Source: a virus. From it: a stretch of 64,000 nt of DNA. The position numbers were made by a program, and so were the translations under genes. The stretch lies in IMG/VR virus record IMGVR_UViG_3300035701_000001; one strand, given 5' to 3'. Below, in pieces: positions 54,223 through 62,714 of the stretch. The notes under the pieces were generated by a model, which worked only from the letters and a program-made list of their open reading frames with translations, did not search any database and was not told the origin of the DNA. Positions within the stretch are counted from its first letter, which is position 1, and each line of letters begins with the position of its first letter.

Positions 54223-55196
54223 CCTACCCCCCACCCTCTTGTCTACAAGGCTCTGTCAAACCAATTCCTGAACACCCCCCCATCGTATCGGACAAGCCCC
54301 TGCTCCGGATGAAGCTCGAACTGGTACGGGGCTGCCCGTATACGTGTGGTGCCTGCAATCCGCCGAAGGACTGGCTTCCTATGTCCACCGAGAAGGTCTA
54401 TGCAGCCGTCCGGTCCTTTGAGATGGCCCGGATGACGCAAGAAGATGTCTTTCCAATGCTTCACTTGCACGGATGGGGAGAACCCTCCCTTCGTCCAGAT
54501 CTGGTTGACGTCGTTGCCAGGATTCGGGACATGACCCCGGCCCTCCTGGTGCTAAGCACCAATGGCGCGGTTCCCGAACGCATTGCAACCCTCCCTGTGG
54601 ATCGCCTTGTTCTTGGCCTGGACTCTCTCGACCCGACCATGCATCGAAAGACCCGTGGCTGGTCCCTCGACAACACCCTGCGTCTGCTTTCGGTCGTAGA
54701 TCTCTCTCACGTCACCCTCACATCCCTGGTTCACAGGGAAAACACAGCAGATATCCTTCGGATCTCGGACCTTTTCTCCACTTCGATCCGGCATGTGGTG
54801 CGACGATACGACGAGGATTTGATTGGGGGAACAGGGAACTACACAGGGCCGGACGTCGCGGACCCGTCATTCTTGAAAAAGTTCTGGAAGTGCCTAGAAG
54901 AGCGTGGATATGACGTTTCCGAAATCGGTTCCTCGGACGGAGAGGCCCGCCGGGGGGAATGCACGGTCGGCTACGATGGCCAAGTCTATCGGTGCCTTTC
55001 CCACTGGTCGACGACAAGCCCCGTGGACATCCCGGTGTACGATGCCCTCACTCTCGGAATGCCCACGGGGTGTACACGTTGCTTCTGCTGTAAACCCCGG
55101 TTGGCCGTTCGGCCAACTGCCCGAGAACCGAAGCCGTGGGATGGAGAACCCGTAAAGAAAATGGACTTTGATACGAAGGAGTTGAAAAGACAATGA
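54219..55196 (+). CDS. radical SAM enzyme with Cys-rich (SPASM/twitch-like) C-terminus
   Basis: CPYTCGAC (CxxxCxxC), GWGEPSL, STNG, GLDS; CTVGYDGQVYRC...CTRCFCC. Confidence 0.9.
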   Translation: MTYPPPSCLQGSVKPIPEHPPIVSDKPLLRMKLELVRGCPYTCGACNPPKDWLPMSTEKVYAAVRSFEMARMTQEDVFPMLHLHGWGEPSLRPDLVDVVARIRDMTPALLVLSTNGAVPERIATLPVDRLVLGLDSLDPTMHRKTRGWSLDNTLRLLSVVDLSHVTLTSLVHRENTADILRISDLFSTSIRHVVRRYDEDLIGGTGNYTGPDVADPSFLKKFWKCLEERGYDVSEIGSSDGEARRGECTVGYDGQVYRCLSHWSTTSPVDIPVYDALTLGMPTGCTRCFCCKPRLAVRPTAREPKPWDGEPVKKMDFDTKELKRQ

Positions 55197-56071
55197 CCCA
55201 TGAAGGAGTTCACGTCTCCATGACCACACCCACTTCCCAACGCCTCGCTCTGCTGCGCGCCGCCTACCCCGAAGGGTACCTCGCCCAGGAAGGAGCCAAG
55301 ACCCTGCGCGGCTGGCGTTGTTCGGATCCGAAACCGCCTGCCCATTTTCTCATGGAGACGATGTTCCTGCCGCCCGGTGCGTGTTGGCTCACCCGCGACA
55401 CGCACACGTTCACGACAAGTCTGCAAGGTTGGAGCCCGGCCGACATGGAGACCGGACTGTTGCCAGATTTGACCGATCCCGCCACCTGGGCACTCGCACT
55501 GCTCGACCTCGCGAATGCATTGGAGTGGAAAGAACCCTGCAACCTGACATGGCGCTGTGCACAGAAGAAGGACGGCTTGTTCACCTGGGCAATCACCAGC
55601 CATCCCTCTGACATGACAGCGATACTGACCCGGTTCCTGTCGGCCTGCTTCACCGCAGACGACAAGGGGCTGAAGGCACTACAGGACGTGGAGTCCTGCC
55701 GGGGATTCGATCTCGGTACCGATGACCCCCTCGACGCCCTGTTGGCTGCACGGGCTTCCCTGTATGAAAAGGAAATTCCAAAGGGTATTCCCGATGTCTC
55801 GACCCAGACCATGTCCTCCAAAACCTCGGCCAACGGCTATGACCAGAAACCAAAAAACGAAGCCGACCGTATCCTTCTCGCCATCCTGCGGGGGGAACGA
55901 GAGGATCACGACGAGTCTTTTCTGCACGTAGACCTTGCCAACCTGAAGGCCAGAGGCATCACGCCGACGATCAACCCCTTCTGCAAGTTCTGCGGATCCT
56001 ACGACGTGCTCGGACACGGAGGGGCCTGCAAGCCTTGCGTTCGGAAACGACATCCCACGGAGATTCCATGA
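55193..56071 (+). CDS. hypothetical protein, paralog of 52769
   Basis: RLALLRAAY...LLPDLTDPATWALAL..LA...TDDPLDALL. Confidence 0.7.
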   Translation: MTHEGVHVSMTTPTSQRLALLRAAYPEGYLAQEGAKTLRGWRCSDPKPPAHFLMETMFLPPGACWLTRDTHTFTTSLQGWSPADMETGLLPDLTDPATWALALLDLANALEWKEPCNLTWRCAQKKDGLFTWAITSHPSDMTAILTRFLSACFTADDKGLKALQDVESCRGFDLGTDDPLDALLAARASLYEKEIPKGIPDVSTQTMSSKTSANGYDQKPKNEADRILLAILRGEREDHDESFLHVDLANLKARGITPTINPFCKFCGSYDVLGHGGACKPCVRKRHPTEIP

Positions 56072-56472
56072 ACAAGCTCACGAAGGAAAACCGCAAGGAA
56101 CTCGACCTGGCCCGTGACACCCTGCAACAAGCCGAGGCAGATGTCGCAGCCGCTGTCGAGGAATACAACGCCGCCCTTGCCCTTGCCTGGACAGAGGTAG
56201 AAGTAGCTCTGGAGAAGCTCTACGAAGCCCGAGGAGATGCCTCCTCGGTGATCTCGTCCTTCGTCCAGCAGATGGAGGACTACGCCTCGGAACGCTCCGA
56301 GCGGTGGCAGGAAGGGGAGGCCGGGCAGTCCTACGAAGCGTGGAAGAACAGCTTCGAGGAAATCACGATGGATCTCGAAGCAGACCCTGTGGAAGTCCCA
56401 ACGCCCCTCGATGTGGGAGATTGGCTGGAGGGCTACGAAGCGATGAGCGGTCTCTCGGACAGCCCGGAGTAG
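56068..56472 (+). CDS. conserved phage helical protein (RSERWQE motif)
   Basis: DYASERSERWQEGEAGQSYEAW. Confidence 0.7.
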   Translation: MNKLTKENRKELDLARDTLQQAEADVAAAVEEYNAALALAWTEVEVALEKLYEARGDASSVISSFVQQMEDYASERSERWQEGEAGQSYEAWKNSFEEITMDLEADPVEVPTPLDVGDWLEGYEAMSGLSDSPE

Positions 56473-56488
56473 AGACAGGAGGCCCCTC

Positions 56489-57160
56489 ATGCGGCGTGGA
56501 ACCCTCTCCCTTCTCCTCGGAGCCCACCAGGTCGTCCTGCATCCGGTGTGCGTGGCCATGGCCTGGCATCGGATCCATGGACAATGGCCTCGTTGGGAGG
56601 AAGCCATCGCCATCCTCGTGCACGACTGGGGCTATCTCGGATGCCGGATGATGGATGGTCCCGATGGAGAACGGCATCCCGAAGCCGGGGCAAAGATTGC
56701 GAAGAAGATCGTCGGCTGGCTGGGAGGAGAAGAACGAGGACTCCAGGCTGAGACACTGGTCCGAGGCCATTCCAGGACCTATGCGAAACTCACTGGAATT
56801 CCCCCTTCGAAGCTCATGGCTCCGGACAAGCTGGCCCTGTGCTACGTCCCCTCCTGGATCTACGTCCCCGGAGCGCGATGGACGGGAGAAATGGCGGAAT
56901 ACCGAGACAACTGCACGGCCTACTACGAGCGGACCGGGGATGGAGTCCCTCGGACTGCCTCGGACTGGGAATGGTTTGCCTGGGGCTGCGACTACATGGA
57001 ACGCGCGGCACAGGGGAAAGCCAGTCTCGTCACAAACAGGTCTTGCTCCGCAATCTCCGCGTCCTCTGCGGTGAAGAAAGACGAGGGACTTGTCACGGAG
57101 GACACGGAGGACACAGAGAAAACGGAAAGTCCGCAGAACGGACTTGTAAAAACGGATTGA
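56489..57160 (+). CDS. HD-domain phosphohydrolase-like protein, tail extended by repeat D
   Basis: GAHQ...ILVHDWG...HPE...GHSR...PDKL. Confidence 0.75.
   Translation: MRRGTLSLLLGAHQVVLHPVCVAMAWHRIHGQWPRWEEAIAILVHDWGYLGCRMMDGPDGERHPEAGAKIAKKIVGWLGGEERGLQAETLVRGHSRTYAKLTGIPPSKLMAPDKLALCYVPSWIYVPGARWTGEMAEYRDNCTAYYERTGDGVPRTASDWEWFAWGCDYMERAAQGKASLVTNRSCSAISASSAVKKDEGLVTEDTEDTEKTESPQNGLVKTD
57046..57118. repeat. nonamer-based inverted-repeat unit D (single R-L)
   Basis: CTCCGCAATCTCCGCGTCCTCTGCGGT...TCACGGAGGACACGGAGGACACAGAG. Confidence 0.85.
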
Positions 57161-57185
57161 CACACTGTGTGGCACAAGGCATCCT
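57157..57185 (+). promoter_or_regulatory. promoter/operator copy P7
   Basis: TTGACA-17bp-CATCCT; TGACAC-ACTGT-GTGGCA (1 mismatch). Confidence 0.7.
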
Positions 57186-57212
57186 TGTGACGCTCTCCGG
57201 AGGGATTGCCCC

Positions 57213-58193
57213 ATGACCGACAAGCACAAAACCCTGCAGGCCTGGGAGAAGAACCGGGGACGGGGGACCTCGGGCCTGTACTGGCAGCGGTGTGACGACG
57301 TCGGGCACATCGTCGTCCGGATCCCCGTCGAGATGGAGGATCTGCGCGGAGCCCTCGACGGGGTGCTTCCTTCCTTCCAATTCGAGGTGAACGACCCGGT
57401 TCCAAATGTCTGGAGTGGACGATGGACCCAGGCTCCCATCGAGTCCGGACAAGACAACCACCGATGTGGTCTCTGTGGGAAAAGAAGGGAAGAGGTGAGG
57501 AAATTCTTCGTGGAGAACGACCAGTGCGTCATCGGGGTGTGCGACGAGTGCGTCCGGTTCATCTACGAGAACCTGCTGGAGCCGGGCGACAAGACCCATC
57601 CCCGTGAAACGAACGCCCAAGAAGAAGGACTTCCGAAGGAGAAGGAAGCGCCCGCCACAGAGCCCCCGCCGCAGCCGTTCCCACCCTGCTCCTGCTGCCT
57701 GCGGCTGAGCTATTGCAAGCACAAACCCCCGGAACACTGCATCGCGTACCTCTGTGCCCTGGACCCCGTCGCGTTCGATCCGTTGAGCGTTCCCTGTTCT
57801 CAGCACCTGTGTGGTGCAAAGAAGGGAGAGTCCTGTACTGAACTGGTGCCCATGGACTCGGAGGTCGGATGTGTTCTGACCTCGAAGACCCGCGAAACTC
57901 CCCATGCTTCTCGCATCCAGAAAGCCAAGGAAAAAAGGCGGGGAGATATCGAAGAAACCATTCATAGAATGGGAGCACTGTCTCCGCATACCACGATTCA
58001 TGGGGTATTCGACCCGCATACGGCCGAGCCCTACAAAAAATCAAGAACTCCAGAAAAGACAGAGAAGCGTCCCTTCGCCTGTCCCATCTGCGAGGGGACC
58101 GGCCATTTCGGTTACGAGCCCACGACGGTGCCGATGCCGAGTCTTTGCCGGTCTTGTGATGGGACAGGAATCGTCTGGGGGCCTCCTCGATGA
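57213..58193 (+). CDS. multi-Zn protein with ClpX-type C4 finger and DnaJ-type C-terminal finger
   Basis: CGLCGKRREEVRKFF...VCDECVRFIYE; CGAKKGESC..HASR; CPICEGTG..CRSCDGTG. Confidence 0.78.
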   Translation: MTDKHKTLQAWEKNRGRGTSGLYWQRCDDVGHIVVRIPVEMEDLRGALDGVLPSFQFEVNDPVPNVWSGRWTQAPIESGQDNHRCGLCGKRREEVRKFFVENDQCVIGVCDECVRFIYENLLEPGDKTHPRETNAQEEGLPKEKEAPATEPPPQPFPPCSCCLRLSYCKHKPPEHCIAYLCALDPVAFDPLSVPCSQHLCGAKKGESCTELVPMDSEVGCVLTSKTRETPHASRIQKAKEKRRGDIEETIHRMGALSPHTTIHGVFDPHTAEPYKKSRTPEKTEKRPFACPICEGTGHFGYEPTTVPMPSLCRSCDGTGIVWGPPR

Positions 58194-58390
58194 TCCATCA
58201 CATCCGACTGACCCCCGAAGAAGTCCAGGAGGCCATCAAGCTCTACCTGGCTTCGATGAAGGGATTTTCCTGCAGAACTGCCGAGATCACGTTCTGTCAG
58301 CGGAGCCGGTCCACAGGAGATCCACGAGATCCGGACTTTTCAGTGTTTGACGGAGCGGAGGCCGTCGTGGCAGAGCGAGAAAAGGAATGA
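58190..58390 (+). CDS. small hypothetical protein
   Basis: ATGA coupling. Confidence 0.6.
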   Translation: MIHHIRLTPEEVQEAIKLYLASMKGFSCRTAEITFCQRSRSTGDPRDPDFSVFDGAEAVVAEREKE

Positions 58391-58596
58391 CCGAAGAAAT
58401 AAAAACCAGGTTCGACCGGAACGGGTTCCCGGTCTTCGATGACTTCGAGTACAAGAAGCCAAAGGGCGGTCAGTGGCAGAAGTGCAAGGATTGTGGTGGA
58501 ACGGGTCGAAAATACGAGTTCATGGACGACTGCTATCGCAATTGCTCGGTCTGTCATGGCACCGGTACGGTCTTCAACCGAGGGTCCAAGACATGA
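58387..58596 (+). CDS. DnaJ-type Zn-finger miniprotein
   Basis: CKDCGGTG...CSVCHGTG. Confidence 0.7.
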   Translation: MTEEIKTRFDRNGFPVFDDFEYKKPKGGQWQKCKDCGGTGRKYEFMDDCYRNCSVCHGTGTVFNRGSKT

Positions 58597-58958
58597 AACC
58601 GGATGGAGAACGACATCGTTGTCCCAGCAAGAGAAAGAAGCAGGATGGGGAACGCTGGCGGGCTCCCAACAAGAGACGGCCCGCTCAACCCGTGCCTGTC
58701 TGGCAGAACGTCCTTCGCAACGTCCGGAGACAGGCAGAGGAATCCAACGGGTTCTTCCAGGATGTCCCATGGTTCTGGATGACTTCGAACGGGAACCCAC
58801 GTTGTGTGCGGTGCGGAACGCGCCTCACGTCCGAACAGGCGAGGAACTTGTTCTCCGCTGGGGTTTACCTGCGGGTCGGGGCTTGTTCGGATTGCCTGGC
58901 AGAGGTTCTCGAAGAACTTGAAAAGGAGAATCAGGAGTCAGTAGAAAAAGTACTGTAG
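58593..58958 (+). CDS. hypothetical protein (CVRCG...CSDC)
   Basis: ATGA coupling. Confidence 0.55.
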   Translation: MKPDGERHRCPSKRKKQDGERWRAPNKRRPAQPVPVWQNVLRNVRRQAEESNGFFQDVPWFWMTSNGNPRCVRCGTRLTSEQARNLFSAGVYLRVGACSDCLAEVLEELEKENQESVEKVL

Positions 58959-58999
58959 AACGCCTGGTTTTGATTTCATAAAAAAACGCTCGAAACCGT

Positions 59000-59028
59000 T
59001 TGACACAAGATGTGTCATCCGATAGGCT
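59000..59028 (+). promoter_or_regulatory. promoter/operator copy P8
   Basis: TTGACA-17bp-TAGGCT; TGACAC-AAGAT-GTGTCA; A-tract upstream. Confidence 0.88.
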
Positions 59029-59034
59029 TGGATC

Positions 59035-60756
59035 ATGAGTCCGCAGGAGGACCCCATGAGCGAGATGCCCGCCGTCGAGTTCGAAGTCGAGAAGACCGCG
59101 CCCCGGAAGTACTGGGTCCGCTGCACGAAGGCAGACGGCGAGGTCTACCTGGCCTATCAGGGTGTCATCGGAGAAGGATGGACCTTCGAGAAGGCGAATC
59201 AGGAAGCGAATGCCTACCTGCAGCAGTGGCCCGAACTCTCCTGCGAGGTCGTCGAGATCGACGAGGCGGGCCACGTCATCGAGCCGAGCCAGGAAGAGGA
59301 GGGACCAACCGCCTCCTTCACGGTCGCCCGTGTCCACCTCGGTCAGGTCCAGGGAAAGGCCATGGAACTCGGTGTGGACGTCGACGTCCAGCCCATGGAC
59401 CCCGCCCGCCTGCACGTCCTGTGGAGCCGGGGTTCCAGCCGTTTCGTACCCTGGCAGAGACTCCAGGATTCCGACCCGAAAAAGGCCGAACGCGTGCGCC
59501 TCGCGGCCGAGGGGTACGCCGAGATCACCCTGCGCGCTCCTGCCATCGAGGACCGGGTCATCGGAGTTGCGACCCTCGAAGGGGCCGATGACCAGAACAA
59601 GCCCCTCATCCGGTTCGTGGGCGTGCCGGGAGAGGAGAACATCTGGGGCGGAGATCGCATCCGGGACTTCACGTTCGCACGCTGTGACGTCTGCGGAGCC
59701 AAGCACCACCGCCACAAGGTGTTCCTGGTCCAGCACAAGGACACGGGGGCCATCCGCCAGATCGGTGGGGTGTGTGCCTCGAACCTGGACCTCGCCAAGA
59801 AGCTCTCGAAGATCCTGAAGGCCCTGAAACAGTTCGAAGCCTGGCTGCGGGACATGGGCAGTGAGTTCGAGGGCGGGCGTTGTTCGAGCTTCCACCCTGG
59901 CTGGGACGTCTACGAAGTCCTCGTGCTCGCAGAAATGGCCCTCACCCGGCATGGATACGTCTCGGGCAAAGCGGCGTACGAGAACTCGGGCCTTGTCTCG
60001 ACCAAAGAGACCGTGGCCGAGTGGACGGGCATCCTGCACCCGGTGGGACAGCTCACCCGTGAGAAGATCCGGGCTCGGGACGAACTGCAGGCCGAGGTCG
60101 AGGCCTTCGCCACAAAGGACGTCCAGAAGTTCTACGACGAGGCGAAGGCCTTCGTGGATGCCAAGTTCACAGAAGACCCCACAAACGAGTTCGCCTCGAA
60201 CCTCCGCACGGCCTTCTACACCGGCTCGATCAAGATGCTCGGGTTCCTTGTCTGGATCCCGGCCGGACTCGCGAAGATCCGCTCCCAGCAGGCTGTGAGG
60301 AAAAGCGGTCCCTGGACCCCGTCCGTCCCGAAGACCGGAGCCGAGTTCGAGGCCTACTGCCAGGAGTGGGACAAGGAGACGGTTCTCGCATCCCTCGGAA
60401 TCGACGAGAAGAAGGCTGCCAAGGAGATGGCCCGTGCCGAGATCACGAAAGGACTCTTCTCCAAGATCGAGAAGCACGTCCCCGGCATTTGGAAGGTCTG
60501 CCGCATCGGGCATTACGAAGGCCAGTTCGGGACGACCTACTTCTTTTCGCTCGTGCGCGAGCAGGATGGAGCGGAGATCACCTGGAAGTCTTCCCGTGGC
60601 TCGACCGAAGACGGCGGGGCCATCCGTGAGAATGACCGCCTCCTCATCGACTCGGCCACGGTAGGTGAGATTCCACCGCCCCGCACCGGTCACAACGGAA
60701 AGACCTACCAGGACGGCCGGCTCATCCAGCGGGCCAGGGTCCACACCACTCTCTAG
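59035..60756 (+). CDS. large conserved phage protein with Zn motif and probable C-terminal OB fold
   Basis: CDVCG.KH.R.KVFLV..D.G..RQIG..C; YEGQFGTTY...ITWKSS; alternative ATG at 59056 with AGGAGG RBS. Confidence 0.8.
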   Translation: MSPQEDPMSEMPAVEFEVEKTAPRKYWVRCTKADGEVYLAYQGVIGEGWTFEKANQEANAYLQQWPELSCEVVEIDEAGHVIEPSQEEEGPTASFTVARVHLGQVQGKAMELGVDVDVQPMDPARLHVLWSRGSSRFVPWQRLQDSDPKKAERVRLAAEGYAEITLRAPAIEDRVIGVATLEGADDQNKPLIRFVGVPGEENIWGGDRIRDFTFARCDVCGAKHHRHKVFLVQHKDTGAIRQIGGVCASNLDLAKKLSKILKALKQFEAWLRDMGSEFEGGRCSSFHPGWDVYEVLVLAEMALTRHGYVSGKAAYENSGLVSTKETVAEWTGILHPVGQLTREKIRARDELQAEVEAFATKDVQKFYDEAKAFVDAKFTEDPTNEFASNLRTAFYTGSIKMLGFLVWIPAGLAKIRSQQAVRKSGPWTPSVPKTGAEFEAYCQEWDKETVLASLGIDEKKAAKEMARAEITKGLFSKIEKHVPGIWKVCRIGHYEGQFGTTYFFSLVREQDGAEITWKSSRGSTEDGGAIRENDRLLIDSATVGEIPPPRTGHNGKTYQDGRLIQRARVHTTL

Positions 60757-60766
60757 GAGACAGCCC

Positions 60767-61039
60767 ATGACCCAGTCCTTTCTTCCCTTCGATGCGTCCA
60801 ACCGCGTGGGTACCTGTCGCTGGTGCGGAGACCGACTGCAGGACGGAGGATTCGCGGAAGACAACTGCTTCTGCACGATGGAATGCGGTTACCTCTTCGG
60901 CCTCACCCATGCACAACAGGGCCATTTCCTGTGCCGTACCCCCGTTCCGAATCCCGAACCCACGGAATCCGACGAGGGGAAGGTCGACCAGCCCCAGGAG
61001 GAGTCGGAAGACGTCGCATCGGACAGGGACACAGAATGA
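60767..61039 (+). CDS. MYND/TRASH-like Zn-finger protein
   Basis: CRWCG...FCTMEC. Confidence 0.6.
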   Translation: MTQSFLPFDASNRVGTCRWCGDRLQDGGFAEDNCFCTMECGYLFGLTHAQQGHFLCRTPVPNPEPTESDEGKVDQPQEESEDVASDRDTE

Positions 61040-61356
61040 CCCTGGTTCTCTCGAACCGGCGAAGGCTCCTGCTCGCATTGCGCCGTCGTGTGCAGGCTTA
61101 TCGCCACTTCGACGTCCTCGACTTGGAAGAGGGACGAGTCCAGTTGACGTGCCGTACCTGCGGAGCCGTGACCACCGAGACACCGGGAGACGGAACGAAG
61201 ACCGGTTCCGTGGAAGGACCCGGTGCCCGGTTGCTTGCCCACTGGTGGGCCACGGGAAATGGAGTCTCGGGAGTCTGCAAGGCCTGTACGGAGGCAGAGC
61301 GTGACGAGCGGTATCCACTTCCTCTCCTCGACAAAAACCCGAGGAAACGCCCCTGA
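61036..61356 (+). CDS. Zn-binding hypothetical protein
   Basis: CRTCG...CKAC. Confidence 0.6.
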   Translation: MTLVLSNRRRLLLALRRRVQAYRHFDVLDLEEGRVQLTCRTCGAVTTETPGDGTKTGSVEGPGARLLAHWWATGNGVSGVCKACTEAERDERYPLPLLDKNPRKRP

Positions 61357-61386
61357 ACTCCAACCAGATTCCCTGGAGGACATCGC

Positions 61387-61662
61387 ATGCATGACAAGAA
61401 GATCTTCCCGACCACGTTGGCCTTCTCGACCTCCCAAGCCGAAATTCGCGTGGACTATCAACCCCAGCGCACCTGCAGGTACCAGGCCCTCTTGCGGTCC
61501 AAGACCTCCGACGAAGAGTCCGACGACCCCAGGACACCCCTGATCTCGGTACGAGGGGACAGCCCGCTACAGGTGCTCCAGATGCTGCAACATGAACTGG
61601 ACGAAGTCCGAGTCACGTGCGACGAAGCGATGGCCTTCGTCAAACCCCTCATGAACAAATAA
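61387..61662 (+). CDS. hypothetical protein
   Basis: GGAGG RBS. Confidence 0.6.
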   Translation: MHDKKIFPTTLAFSTSQAEIRVDYQPQRTCRYQALLRSKTSDEESDDPRTPLISVRGDSPLQVLQMLQHELDEVRVTCDEAMAFVKPLMNK

Positions 61663-61672
61663 CGAGGCCCCC

Positions 61673-61948
61673 ATGCGCTCCTACGATCCCCAACGACGCG
61701 GAGTCGTCCGTTCGAACGTGCTTACCCGTGTCCGTGCTCCTGCCCCTGGCCTCTGCCGAAGCTGCAACGAGGAGACCTATCTGCGGGAACGCGGAACGGA
61801 TGCCCCTTTCTGCTCCCTGCTCTGCCGGAATCAATTCTGGGCACGGCGCGGGGAGAACCCCAGAGAGCTTCCGCTGCGCTCGGGGGACATCCTGACCCTC
61901 TCTCCGGGCGGAATGGTGATGAGAGCGCAGGAGAGATGTTTCTCATGA
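61673..61948 (+). CDS. Zn-finger hypothetical protein
   Basis: CRSC...FCSLLC. Confidence 0.6.
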   Translation: MRSYDPQRRGVVRSNVLTRVRAPAPGLCRSCNEETYLRERGTDAPFCSLLCRNQFWARRGENPRELPLRSGDILTLSPGGMVMRAQERCFS

Positions 61949-62466
61949 GAAAAGAGGAAATGGAAAAAACAAAGGAAGAAACCACCCTCATATACGAACT
62001 TCAGCGGAAGATCTGCGGACGTCCTGGATGGAAATGGGAGGAGGGCATGCACGCCGAGCATCCAGGGCTCGGGCGATTCCTCGTCCACGACGTCATCCAG
62101 GATGTCTCGACTCATCCACCCATCTACGGACTGATGTGCTGCCCGTCGAACAACTCGATCCCGTATTGGGTCAAAGGAGAGGAGTGCATCCCCGTCTTCA
62201 CCCCGAACACGCTCGGCTGCCTTGCCCATCAAGTCGAGTGCGCCTGGAAGGAAAACCTCGGGGTCGACGGGGTGCACGTCGAGATCAAACGAATCTTCGA
62301 TCCCACGAACGCCCTGGGGATTTCCTTTGCCTGGATGCTCGTGAACGGGATCGGAGAACCCCTCCCTCTCTCTCTCCCTCTCCACCCTTCCTACCCAAGC
62401 AAAGAACAGATGCTTGTCGAGGCCCTGATCTACGCGACCGAGTTCCCCCAGGAGGAGGCTTCGTGA
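61945..62466 (+). CDS. hypothetical protein
   Basis: ATGA coupling, AGGAG RBS. Confidence 0.65.
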   Translation: MRKEEMEKTKEETTLIYELQRKICGRPGWKWEEGMHAEHPGLGRFLVHDVIQDVSTHPPIYGLMCCPSNNSIPYWVKGEECIPVFTPNTLGCLAHQVECAWKENLGVDGVHVEIKRIFDPTNALGISFAWMLVNGIGEPLPLSLPLHPSYPSKEQMLVEALIYATEFPQEEAS

Positions 62467-62714
62467 AAGTCCCTCTTCCCAAGGTCGGACGCGCCTGGAT
62501 CTGGAAAAAGGGCATGCCGGACGAAAAAGTCCTGCTGCTCACCGGGATCCGCGTCGTCGACACGGAAGACCCGTCCTCCCCTTCCTTCTGGGCCCACTGG
62601 GGAGATGGTTCCAAGGATCTCTATGGAGGACCCTATGGAAGTCGATGGCCCCCGAGGGGAGCCAAACTCCAGCCTCTGCATCTCCCTCCGCGTTCGAAAG
62701 GAAAGTCCCCATGA
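62463..62714 (+). CDS. hypothetical protein
   Basis: GTGA coupling, GGAGG RBS. Confidence 0.55.
   Translation: MKVPLPKVGRAWIWKKGMPDEKVLLLTGIRVVDTEDPSSPSFWAHWGDGSKDLYGGPYGSRWPPRGAKLQPLHLPPRSKGKSP

Noticed and set aside
58825-60876. Long minus-strand ORFs (683 aa here; also 26941..28251, 11013..12281, 56363..57562 and others)
   Set aside because: These are antisense shadows of GC-rich + strand genes that have clear motifs, RBSs and coupling; they show no recognisable domains.
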